A stretch of DNA of 59,825 nucleotides, the filler included, from Sphacelaria rigidula (lineage: Eukaryota), in the NCBI GenBank assembly GCA_964200075.2. It is 5 parts of 5 records of this genome, joined end to end, with 100 filler letters (N's around TTAATTAATTAA, not from the genome) between each part and the next. Parts side by side here need not be neighbours in the genome. Positions count along the whole stretch, not along the records: positions 35,958 to 47,841 come from CAXNAA020004378.1; positions 47,942 to 59,825 come from CAXNAA020004379.1; 3 more parts are not named here. One strand, given 5' to 3'. The translations under genes were made by a program, and so were the position numbers. This document shows positions 36,103 to 48,553 of this stretch, in pieces. The notes under the pieces were generated by a model, which was given only the letters and a program-made list of their open reading frames with translations, was not told where the DNA came from and searched no databases. Positions within the stretch are counted from its first letter, which is position 1, and each line of letters opens with the position of its first letter.

Positions 36103-36201
36103 CCCTTAGACCGCGAGGTTAGTCTTCTGTTGAATCGGCATCAATTTCAAGTTAAAAAAGAATATGCATGATCCAGAGAGACTAATCTCGCGGTCTAAGG
36201 G
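36103..36201. mobile_element. 99-bp piggyBac-type MITE with TTAA target-site duplication
   Basis: TTAA-cccttagaccgcgaggttagtct...agactaatctcgcggtctaaggg-TTAA (23-bp TIR, 1 mismatch). A degenerate copy lies at 37251-37357. Confidence 0.9.
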
Positions 36202-36269
36202 TTAACCGAGGATTTTTTCGTAATCGACCATTTTCTTGGGCTCTTTTCGCTTGCACCGCTAATCACAGT

Positions 36270-36575
36270 GAACAATTTTTTCGTGAGATTGAGAGTTGGG
36301 TGCGGATTAAGAGTGACTTTGATCATTCGCTTTAACTTGGCCTTTTTTTCATTCCGTGTGTGCTTTTCGTCGTCTCATCACTGTCATATGCTTACAGCTA
36401 CACGTTGATAATATCCTAATCAGGGGTATCGAGGGCCTCAGTGGCAAGTTACTACAGACAGCATATTGGGCCTGGTCGAGGTGCATTTCGGAACTGAAAC
36501 GGCTTATTCTCTAATTGACCGCTTTTCACTCTCAACTGTACCTTCAACTCTCAATTTCACGAAAACGTTTTTAGT
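36270..36575. mobile_element. Foldback/MITE-like element
   Basis: ttttcgtgagattgagagttg...aagagtga pairs with cactctc...caactctcaatttcacgaaaa. Boundaries are approximate. Confidence 0.55.
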
Positions 36576-37359
36576 GGGGATCCGAAGATTTTTGTACCCG
36601 CTCCACATTCCGAGAAAAAAATCTGTATTCAACACTCGTACTTAGTTACTTACGGGCTGACCGGTCATCGGGGGCCCTGCCACGTTTCAGTCCAGATTCT
36701 TACTTTTCGGTATTCTCGGTCGATCGAGCCTGTCCCGATCATATTTGAGAAGAACTGCAAAGTTTTGTTTTTCTGAAAGTTTACCCACTCATTGCACTAG
36801 AGCCAAAAAACTGTGTTTCACGGTCAATAGCACCCTCCTGATAAACGGGGTAATTACTCGTATCGTCCGATAACACCAACTAGCACTGACTTGGGTACTG
36901 TGTTTCGAGGATGATCTGTTTATGTTACCAAAATCTACGGACGCTAGCAATTTCCAGTTCAATCGAAAAGTAGTACGCGAGGAAACCCCCAAAACACCTC
37001 TGAATAGTTGGACCGCCCACTACTGTACATCGGGTTGATTCGGGAGACTGAACACGTCATTTATATGTGCCGACGAATTGCGGTATCTTTGGCTGGCCAA
37101 GCTCGTATCGTGATGTGAATAATATAACCATGAGGTTCAATGTTATGTGACAGAATACTCAGCTTTAGTCAGTGCCACACCAATGACTACTCAGTTCAAG
37201 CGTAATATACATACATACACATGCATTTTTCTCGACTCGATTTCCAAAATCCCCTTAGACCGCGAGGGTAGGTCACCTGCTGAACCGGCATCAATTTTCA
37301 CTTGAAAAAATCATGAGTGGTCCAGATGGACTACCCGCACCGCGATCCAAGTGTCAACG

Positions 37360-37749
37360 TCTTGGGCAATCTATATATATATATATATATATATGGTCAA
37401 TAGTTGCAGTAGGTCATACTTTACGCAGCATATTTCTTGTCTATTGCAATTATTTACCATAATAATATTTTCACACGTCGGACAGCTCATGAGATACCGA
37501 AAATAACAAATCGAAGGGGACTCTCAGATTGCTCATCCAAAAACACGAATTACGTGACAGCAGGGGCACGAGAAGCCAAAGCGCTACCTCTACGCTTCTC
37601 CGCGTGCTCGGTGTCCAGCGCTGTAGGCAGAAAATATGGAAAAAGCGATCACATGAGCTAGCTCGTGATCCAGATTAGTACACTAATAAGAAGTAATATT
37701 TACGTAGCTCATGAGCTGTCCGACGTGTGAATATTTTGTCCAAGGTGTG
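37360..37749. mobile_element. Family A MITE copy interrupted by a family B MITE
   Basis: cttgggcaat...atatggtcaatagttgca at the left and ttgtccaaggtgtg at the right match 3032-3201. Confidence 0.75.
37472..37729. mobile_element. 258-bp MITE (family B), TIR CACACGTCGGACAGCTCATGAG, exact 8-bp TSD AATATTTT
   Basis: The 22-bp perfect TIR and the TSD are both visible. Further copies are at 46287-46531 (reverse) and, partially, about 42120-42230. Confidence 0.9.
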
Positions 37750-38951
37750 AAATATAGTCGTACAAACTACATCCGGGGCCGGGGAAAGGGGGGTGCAGGG
37801 GCATCCGAATGGCAAATTCAATCCACGAGTAGCCTCACCCAAATGACCATAAAAGTTGTGTTACTTCGACAGCCAGGTTGGGCCATCCATCTTTCTCAAA
37901 CTATGTTAAAATGACGTTTATTCCATACATGAACCACCCTGGCGACCAAAGGGTCAACTGTTGATGCACCGCATTCAACACCCGGGGCGCGGCATGTGGC
38001 TCGAAAAAAAATATCCAACAGCACGAGTGCTGTTTTGGCATGTAGGATGTACTGTAAAAAAACGTTCCGGTACGACTGTTGCGCGCCGATAGTTCGAAAT
38101 TTCAAGAATCGGACGTGGCCAACCCGGTTGTTACGGAAATAAATATTGTTTACTCTACATATGGGTGCCCATCTTTGACAGGAGTACGCTACAATAGAAC
38201 TGTCACGTGATGACCCTCTTTAAACCCGAGCGCAAGGTGTGAAATCATGAGGTGATCTTCAAGCCGACGCAGGGACACGTGACGGGTGAAACAAATACCG
38301 TTCGGGTGAAAAGCCCCGAAAAACTCGCCAACCGACACCATCACACCGGCAAGCGGCCAATCAATGATCAATGTCGATCTTATGGATCATCCTCTACACT
38401 GCCTTCGTGATTACCAGGGGTTTTCAACCAATTAGAACTTTACTTTGAAAAATTGGCCAATCAGAAAAATGCGGGAACATTTCATCTATCTGTGTGTCTT
38501 CGTGAGAGCACAAGTGTACTACAAACACGACTCGCAGAATGCCGGTGTTGACAGCACACACAGAATAGATGTACGAAACATCCCTCACAAAAAGTTCAAT
38601 TGTTTGGTCGCTTGACGGGTAGCTCGAGATACGTCATTTGGGTTCTAACGCTGGCCTCGCCCCACGGCTTGAGTTGAGGCAAACGGACATTTTAGTTCCA
38701 AGAAAGAATACACATAACAAAAAAAGAAGAATGGCCAAACGATTCTCGACATGTACGTCATGACCTTAATTGCAACATCGTCAGTACACAATGGGTTTGA
38801 TTACAAAACACCCACAAACGATTGATCCGGGTAACGATGCTAGATAAGTACACCCCAAATAACAACGTCATGACCAGAAAGCGTCACAAGCGCACACGCG
38901 ACACGACCGGGGAAATCAATACTACCGCCCCAACACCATCATCCGATCGCT

Positions 38952-41900
38952 TCACTCACGAAGCTGCACGTCCGTGACCATATCTCCTGCCACAGCTCTC
39001 ATCTCCGCTAAAATCTCAACCTTACTCGGCGCACACATCACGCCTCCCCCCCCCCCCCCCCCCCCCCCCCCGACGAGCATCATGTGTCTCGAGCGATTAA
39101 CAATATACGGCCGAGACTCAAACGCCGAGGGTCGCCATACAATTCCAATTAGCCCGGAACTGCCCGCTGATCCCGGCGAGAAGAACACCGCTAGATGGCC
39201 GAAAATACGTCTCAATTCTTGGACCAATTCTCCGATAGGGTCAAAGCCTATGACGAGGTTGTCTGGTACTGTATTCCTTTCCGACGGTTGCGCGTTCCCT
39301 AGGGGGTTCGTTGGGTACAAAGTTTATACAAGAAGGAGGTGGGGAGAGGTGGTCAGTATTTTCCTACGAATAGGTTCCAGGCTTGAGGCGAGTGTAGATA
39401 GCCTGAAACTTGTCTCAACATACACAGAAGGCAATTCGTTGCGGCTATTCCATCCTACGTCGGAGATGATCGCTCGATACAATATGCAGACCAAGACAGC
39501 CGGGAAGGGGGTGACGGACGTGTTGTCTGTGCGTGTGCTGACGCTTTCGTTCAAGTCGCCTCTTGGAGAGGATGGCGCGTTACTCCTACTGAGCGAAGGG
39601 GCCGATCTCCAATCGCTCCCCCTTACTTTGCCAAATACCCTCGTCGGGCAGGGATAGAGGTGGAGACGACGTGTGAGAAGCATCATGAAAGCATACCTGA
39701 GGTGAGCAAGTTTTTGTACGCCTTGACTCGCAGCGCAGCGCAGCCCTTCACACGCCGACGTTCAAACGTTTCGCTTCCGAGAAAAGATTCCACGCCCAAG
39801 TTCGATATTACGGCGGGACTGAGACTGAGGCGAACGTCAAACGTCTGCTCTTCCTCGATGGACATTCTGAAAAACCGCAAAACGGAAAAATGCAGCGCCA
39901 GCAAGGGGAGGGGGGGGGGGTGATTTTAGGATTGCAATCAGGAGCATCAGCTCATCACTGACAGTGGGTGGACCACATGTGGCCAGCCTGAAGCAGTGCT
40001 GGGTCCACACACCGTGTGCTGATGCTGTAGTCATCTTCCATCATCGTAGCATCTCTTTGAACCAACACAATGGCACACAGAGATACACAAACCTGAAAGC
40101 ATTTTGCCAGCCATTAGGGTCCACCCCAAGCTCCCCTTTCCCGGAGAGCCAATCCACCATAAAGGCAGCTGAAGCTTTAGCCAAGGCGACAAGTCTGCCC
40201 AAGACCGGTCGTTCTGGGCGCGGTGACGTCCAACAGGATGCCCAGCCGCTATCGCGAGCATAAGAAGCTACCAGGAACATCGCATCGCCTCCGCTCGGAT
40301 CTGCAGCATTTTTTTACATGACAGATACAAAATATGAACGCACCCAGGTGGGATTTCGATTGTGACGACAGCTGATGCAGAGGGAAATTCCCCCATGGAA
40401 TGGTGACGCTTTGGTTTGATGTAGTGCCATGGAATTCCCTCCCCCTCCCCCATCCACGAATATGGTACGAATCAAGCACTTTCCTCATGGTGAGCGCTGG
40501 ACGGTAACACGTAGTCATTTTTAGACGTCACGAATACATGAACCCACTGCTCACTACTCAGAACGGTGGTGAGAAACTACACGTTTCCACAGAACAAGAC
40601 GCGAACTGGTACTTCACGACTGACACTGTCAGACTGCAAAGCACGAACACACTTTGTTTCCTGGTGGGCAGAATAGAACCAAACCCATAGAACCATGAAC
40701 GCACAACGAAAGGCTCTTCGTCAACTGCGCCATCCCAGGGTGGTTGGTGCCGTATCGACCCAGTTCTCGTCGGAAGGAGCGAGTTCAAGACGTTACTTGA
40801 AGGCAGAATGGAGTGCTTGGAATACTCTTGAAGTGAATAGTGTCCGAAGTATTAGTACGTGAAGATGTGTCGTCGCACACCAATTACATCATCACCCCTA
40901 TCACCCCCAAAAGTTTCGGCCAATAACCACTCCCCCCGTCCTTCCAGGAAACTGAAAAAAAACGAAAATCAATGCGAAAAAAAAAAACACGCACCTCTGT
41001 CTCTCGAGAACGTGAAGGCCTCCACCGCTGCCTCCCTGTCCGCAGCCGTCAGCACCGACTGTGGATCAACCAGTAGAGGTGCCGTTGCCCAATCGTGACC
41101 GGCCAGCAGCAGCAAGAACCGCAGGAATCCAGCCAGTCCAGTGGCGGGTGGGGCAAGCGGCGCTTCGTCGGAGAACAGGCTTGCCACCAATAACTCCACC
41201 GCCTCGATCCTGTGTCTCGTAGGGAAACACGGGACGACAAAATGAGAAAAAATATAAATGAGAAGAAAAAAACACGACGGTTCGCCGTGGATAATACGCG
41301 TAGATGTTTCAAGAATATGGCACATCGTTACCCTTCAACTGAGCCAAGTGCAAGCAAATGGATTGAAAACTAACCGTCCGTCTCTAGGAACAGGATTTCT
41401 CTTCGCTTTCAAGAATCGGGCATCGACATTCCGAACTCGACCCGACTGAAATACAGCATTCGGGTCCATTTAGCTTTCGAAACGCCAGTCTCTGCCTTCA
41501 TCTCTCGCGCTCAAGAAATGTTTTTTAAAACAGACAAGAGGACAATCGAGATCACCCAATGCCTCAAGAACCATATTGGTGCAGTGATGTGCTTATAGAA
41601 AACAGGAAACGCCATCGTCCCTCGACACGCGAAGCGCGCCTATGAGCTGCGATATGCATAGTGCTGCCCTGACCTGAGATGTTCCGACACCATATGTTCT
41701 TCTAGCCAGCGTGTCACTGCGCGCACCGTCAGCCCGAACGCAGGCTTCTGTAGATGCAACCCATGCATGCTGGAGTGGTGGGGAGCAGCAAGCAGTACCC
41801 TTTCCTTCAACACCGTGGCCTCCGCCTTCATGTCCTGAGGACACATGACGAGATTCACGTGGGCTGTCGGCATCTGGAACAGGGTATTCCCTTTCCCCGT

Positions 41901-44900
41901 AACTCGTGCGTTAAACCATAGTGGGGTCCTTAGCTATTAGCTATCAAGAGCTGTTCATGATACCCACGCCGTGACACGTACCGTTTTACTTGCTGTGCAG
42001 AAGTGCGCGAGTGCCCATGTATTGAACTACTGACCTGAGGGGGTTAAGCGAGCTACCAGGACAAAGACGCTCTCGCTTCACCCAATTGTTGGGAAAGGTA
42101 AAAAAATCAATATCTACGACCAGATATTACTTCTTGTTAGTGCACTGATCCAGATCATGATAATGATGCCGACGATTTGGTTGCTTTTTTTCATATTTGT
42201 TCCCTGCAGCGTGGGACACCGAGCACCAGTGTCTGGTGAATCGTGAATTCGGTGATTTTGAGTCGTGATGATTTGTCCTAACCGTGAAATCATTCTACAC
42301 CTGGAGCCGCAGGGTGAGGTCGCAGGAATTCGGCTGCATTTTTATGTACACATATTTTATTGGAATTTCCCCCCCCGAAAAATTCAGGGTAGGGATTCGT
42401 GACCAAAAAGCGTCAATATCGAACTGGGAAGATACCACAAGCACATCATATCTCTTACGATATATTGTTCGAGCTGACCTTTTGGTGCTGGAGACAAGCG
42501 AGCTCCTTGTCGCCGCCGACCCGAAGCCGGAAGCAATAGCCAGACATTGTCACGTCCAGACATTGCCTGCCCACTCTACACCTTAGCTTGAACTGAGCCG
42601 ACGAATTGATACATTTTGTTTTTCGTGTGTGTGTGTGTTTGTGTGCGCGCGCGCGTGTGTTTTCGTTCAAGCATTCCGCAGCAACAATAAACGACAAGGC
42701 AGCAACAGCGCGGAAGAGAGGCAACCGAAAGACGCGGAACAGACACACGGTTATACGACACCAATGGACAAGACACGCCAAGGTAGGGTAACGTTAGGGG
42801 GTAAGGGGATGTAAGAACGGACAACATGCACAACAACATCGGCAGCGTGCATCGTCTGTGCCGCCCCAGACACTCGGCAAGGCAAGTTAGCAGGTCAGCA
42901 TCAAACGGTACATGGTCCGTCGTGTTCCTCGTGACATGGTATGCCTTCTTTTTCGGTCGCTATTGTCACCACCACCTCCAAACATGAAACATCAAACACC
43001 TCACCAGCAGCTAGGATAAAACCAATGAAGGAGGAACAAACCTCATCATTCGTTGGGTTCATTCACACCCGTATTCAAATGACTCTCGCTCCTTCGCCCT
43101 CAGATATTGTTCATACGATCCATGTACCCACCACCGCGTCCCGGTGATCCATAGTAGCAGGTGATACTGATACATTTCAAATCGGTCTGGGCGTGAGAGT
43201 TCAACACCAGCAAATTCGTTCGTTTTTTTGTCAGGCAACCCTAGCTTTGTTCAAAACGTGAGGTGAGGAGAGGAGTAACAAATAAAAATCGACTACCGCC
43301 GGTGCGGTGCGGGAGGGCCGATAGTCATCATCCAACTCGCGAAATCAACAAGTTGGGCAAGTGCCGGGGGGGAGATACGTTGATACCTTGAGACCAGCGA
43401 CACGCCCCACGTAAGAGGAGGGGCTGAAGGCATGACGAGTATATGTCAACATATACTGCACATGTTACTTTGTGCTTTGCTGTGTGCGTATGGTCAACTG
43501 CCTCATAATGATTGGCAGCAACCGTATTTTCGAGATGTTCTTCCACACGACATGTGGACAAGGCCCTAACCATGGTTGTTGCACCACGAGCACCCATCGC
43601 TCCCTATTCTCTTGTACCGCGGATACCTCCACCGTGGGATGAAGAGTACCACAGCTAGCTCTAGGCAGCTCACTACGAAAGCAGGTACGACGAAGAAGGC
43701 ATGTACTAACATGACAAATCACCATCTCGTGCGAAAGGGCGTTCGTTGGTGACAGTCATAGTTCACAACATGATTCGCGAGGTAAATTTTCATCCAGATG
43801 ATTGTTTGTTGTTGTTGAAATTGACCTCTCACTCCTAGTGCTACCCGTGGCCCTACTTTGCGCCGTCATCACCTGCTTCTCCAGACATTGCGCGAGGCGG
43901 ATGAGAAATGCCGTCGCGGTACTTCGAACCGCGTCTAGCTCGTCAGGCCACTTGCCCGAGCTCTCAAGCCGAAGCAGCACCTCTAGCGGCTCCACCTTTT
44001 TCACAGATATTCGCCATGATAAATAAAAAATAAAACGAAAATACGACCGGAAGACCAGCAGCAGCGAGGCATTCTGGTCTGAAACATGGCCACGCACGGC
44101 ACAAGACACCACAATGTTCGTCCTTGCTTTCTCTACCGGTAACAATAGACGAAGATAACATTTTGGACGTGATCGAAAACAACCTGCAACACAACACAAC
44201 ATAACATAACACAACACGGCACAAAACAATACAAGCCAACTCAACACGGACACCCGTTCCTTCATACATAGTCCTACAAAAGCAAACAAAGGAGACTCAA
44301 GCGACACGTCAAACACTTGAATACGGACAGGTGAAAAATCAAGATTATAACAAGAAGAAAAAATGTCCGGTCCCGTCCTGTTCTAAATCAATAATTTTGC
44401 GTTACAACGGAGGACGGCGTCAATAACACCAACTGTACATGTTCAGCCACGCCAAGGCAGTCACTATTTCTCCGGCATTTCGGGCGAGATTTTTCTTTTG
44501 TCAAGGGATCACGAGCAATGACCCCTTTACCCCCAACACGGTTCGCTGGTTTGGTCCGCACTGGATCAGATCAGACTGGGGAAAAGCAAAGAAACGCACC
44601 TGGGACGTCAGCTTGGAGGATTTGCGGGGAAGAGAAATCACCGTGTCCCCGTTGCAGCGGGGGCTTGTGGCCATGGGGTGTGGTGCCGGCGGTAGGAGAG
44701 ACGTGTAGCGGAGGAGCGGTGAAGTTGCTTGCAGTGCTTCCACCCTCAAGTACCAAGGAACAAGAAGACATGCAATGAGCAAAATATCAGTACAGTAGGT
44801 CGACCTATACGGAGTCTGCTCGTGGCTAGCAACCTCTACGCATGCTTTATGTACGCCACTACGTTGTATTTGAGAGATATTTCCGGTACGAAAGCTAAAA

Positions 44901-46821
44901 AAACACAAAACCGATACATGAAAAAAAAAAAGTACTTGATGCTTGGCACAATACAGGTACACTCCGTACACCCTAAATTGATGTACCCAATGTGCCAGAA
45001 GTCAGGGAAAAAACACGCCGAAAATGACACCGTTCGGTTGTAAAAAGCGAAAACACATACAGGTGCGGAGGCAGGCACATAGACACTCCATGCATCTTGT
45101 TAACGTCAAATGATGCCTTCGAACGGGGTTTCCGGGTAGAGCAAAATATTGCTTTGCGTTTCCACAAGCAAAACCCAGAGGAACAGGCACACACCACCGG
45201 AAAACAATACTCCTACGTACCACACGACAGATGCTGCCGACTATCTGCTGTGGTGTGACGACAGTGTAACGCATCAAATGAGCCAACAAAGCGGCATGAA
45301 CGTTAGAAAATACTGCAGTTCACATGGACAGCAGGGCTAAAATGACACTGCATCATCCGGACTACAGTCCAGTACACACCTCAAAGGCATGCCCCCCACA
45401 GCCTTGGCCTTTCCCTGCAGGCTCTCGAACGCCCTCACAGCAGATCGCGTCAAGTCGTCATCCTCCAATCGCCCCTGGGGCAACACATGAAGAATACACA
45501 CACACACACACGTAAACACCCCAGCGTACACCAAGCGCATATAGTAATGCAGAACACCATCGCATCCTTGTCGAAAGCCAAGCATGGCGAACAAACCCAG
45601 CAAAGCAAAGTTCAAGCATACCATGGGACAAGCAACACCTCTAGAGGTAAAACAACATCCCGTAGACACGCCAATAGTCACCGAGGCAACCAATGCAAGC
45701 AGTCGCCCTCCAACTCACGAGCGCCCTTCGAGTATGTAGCAAAGCAAGAACGGACCCAACACCCAAGATGACCACATTTTGCCCAACATGTTGCAAAAGT
45801 GGAGTACCGCATCTCGTGTTACCTGCGTGTCCTCCGCAGAAAGGGACACTGTGACCATGCCTAGCAGCTCGTTGCCCCTGAATTGGACCCTTTCCACCAT
45901 CTGCTGCTGCTGCTGTTGCTGTGCTTGTTTCTGTGCCTCAACCTCTCTGCATCTGAAGGGATCGTGGCGTGCCAGCACATGCCGAACGACCTGGCAACGA
46001 GCACATCGAGAAACAGAAGTGAGGCATGCAAAAAAAGCGACACCACCCCCGGAGTTCACTAGCGTCTCCCCCACGCCTACGGGAGTGACCGAACAACACC
46101 CGCACAGGCATGGATTTCACATGGTTTCATGTCGAGAAGGAGTGAGGGATGCGTCTCGGAAGCCTCGGACAACGCCTTGCTCATCAAACGCCTGCTGACA
46201 TCGTCCTCGTGTCCTCATCTGCGGCACCCACACATGACAATACGATCACCCGCCAACCTCTCCCCGGAATAAATGACAAAAAAGTGCACAAGCCGAACAG
46301 TTCACGAGCCACTTGACTATTACTTCTTATTAGTGTGCTGATCTAGATCATTTGACCCCTTTTTCCATATCTGCTCTCTGCAGCGCTGGACGCCGAGCGC
46401 GCGGAGTATCGCTAAGGGAGCGTTTTGGCTTCTCGGACCCTGCGATCACAAATTGTGTGTCTTCGGACAACTGATCTGAAAGTTCTCTTTGATTCATGAT
46501 ATTTGGTAGCTCATGAGCTCTCCGACGTGTGGAAAAGTGCCAAAAAGCACTCAAGAGTTTCAAGAAGAGTGTTTGGCTTGGCGATGCAAATCCGAAATTC
46601 CTCAAGCCCCTCATGTTTACCGGCTACTCCCTAGCTCGGACTACGACTCAAGGATTAAATGACGACTAGTCTTGCGCTGCTTTCAACGCAACCCCGACAA
46701 CAACACTGCCGATAAGAAAAAAAAAAGGGAATGAGGGGTGGTCACCTGCTCCACCACCCGATGCCTCTGGGCACCCTTTCCTTTCCAAACCACCGCTTCC
46801 ACGATGCTGCCATCTTTGAAC
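38952..46821 (-). CDS. NOL6: Nucleolar protein 6 / U3 snoRNP Utp22 (Nrap family), 3' partial gene, 10 exons
   Basis: Phase-compatible GT-AG exons (minus strand): 46821-46746, 45990-45823, 45474-45380, 44744-44600, 43995-43873, 42592-42479, 41834-41674, 41209-40995, 40300-40093, 39866-39697 and 39298-38952 (the last plus ten upstream segments). Motifs: RFKDGSIVEAVVW, MPLRV...LLRYTS, LESSGKWPDELDA, WLEEHM, EAVELLVASLF, GFLRFLLLLAGHDWATAPLLVD, GFDPI, IGIVWRP. Confidence 0.92.
46287..46531. mobile_element. Family B MITE copy in NOL6 intron
   Basis: Reverse complement of 37472-37729. Flanks are aaaaagtg / gaaaagtg. Confidence 0.8.
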
Positions 46822-47841
46822 CTACGTTCATCGGAAGCACGAACGGCCAACAACAACAAAAAAAGGTAAAGCAAAAGGAGTCGAAGCGGCGTGAGCAGGG
46901 CCAAGACACAGAGATTGGAAACTTAGAGCGATTGCCAGTATGCAAGCATCCGATCCTTCATCCGCTGCAGTACAAAGGACCCGAACTCCTGAAAGCGCTG
47001 GTGCGGCAATAACAATCAAGACGCGAAATGGAAAATAGCCGTCCGTGAACAACTTGCCAAGTAAATTCAATTCAAATCGATGATACGATAAAAAGCACTA
47101 CTAAACAGTATCACGGAAGCACTCGTTCTGGGCTGCAACGTATCGTACACCTGTAATATTCAAAAGTACAGACGCCACAACCAAGATACTACAGCGAGTT
47201 ATATCTTGTCTGCCATTGGATATTCAAGACGATCGCGGTGCCAGATATACGAGTTCAGCTCTAGTGAACGTCGATGCATTATTCACTGGTAGGCAGATGC
47301 CGCGATGTAACTCAAAATGACAACGGACAAGCATACCGAGCAACTGGGAACTCTCACGAGTGGGATTGTTTTCGCCAATGTCGCCCATATGAGGGGCTTC
47401 ACGCAGTCTGAAGCCAGCTACAGCATGTGCTGGATGGCTATTTTCTCCGTGACAGTTTTGGACCTGGCTTGGTGTGGTGTGGTTTGGTTTGGTTTGGGGG
47501 GGGGCTATCGCAGCATCACTCAGCAACAGCTTGCTACACTGTGCTACTTTACTACTATAAATACGTTAGCCCTGTATCTGTCCTCAGGTTTAGATATAAT
47601 TCTTCCCGTACCCTACTCACTCTTCACTAACATCAAAGTCCCCAACAGCCCATAAAGGTACGCGGCCCAACTGGATGGCCCAATTCCGACTCGTGACAGT
47701 ACGTCCCGCTAAATCTAGAATCCCATGTGCAAGATTTCAAGGGTCGGACAAATATTGATTCGTCTGGAAATTACTTGGCTTTAGTATGATGAGTCGACTC
47801 GTGAAGAATCAATCCCTAGGCTTTATTTCAGCGTTGCAACC

Positions 47842-47941
47842 NNNNNNNNNNNNNNNNNNNNNNNNNNNNNNNNNNNNNNNNNNNNTTAATTAATTAANNN
47901 NNNNNNNNNNNNNNNNNNNNNNNNNNNNNNNNNNNNNNNNN
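47842..47941. other. Artificial contig linker
   Basis: N44-TTAATTAATTAA-N44. Confidence 0.97.
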
Positions 47942-48553
47942 CTTCCCCTTGATTAGACAATTCATACGATATGCGGATCACGGCCCAACTCGTCTGCGTC
48001 GAAGATATATTGATTTTAGAGCTTAAATCCGTTTTTAGGTTGGCCCAGCTCGTAGCGATATATGGAAAAATGGGGGGTATATGAACATGACTACAAATAT
48101 ATCAACTTTTATGACATATTATCACCTTTTTTTTCGGGAGGGGTATATATATATAGATACAATATATTATCTCGAAAAGTTGGTATGATACCAGGCTCTA
48201 CTGTTGTAGGCGACCATGATGACTTGTGGAGATGAAGGCTATCGCTCACACGCGACACGCGAAGCCAAAGCAAAGATGAAACCGACATGAAAAAACCCAA
48301 TATATCCAAGCCATTATCTCAGTTCTTGTTGATATATTTGTACCGTTTCGGGGACGGAAGTGTCCAAAGTTAACCCGCAGTTCCGTTTCGATTCCTTGTT
48401 GTGCCGCACATCCGCTTATGAAATTGCAATGTTGCACACGAGACCTTAGCGATGGCAAGAAGGTACGAGTGTAGGGGACCATACCCATGCTTTACCATTC
48501 CTCAAGTATAGTGCTGTCATCAACATATATCCACTCCATGTAGGTTTATTCCG

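Noticed and set aside
38974-39657. 227-aa plus-strand ORF
   Set aside because: Antisense to the last NOL6 exon and intron.
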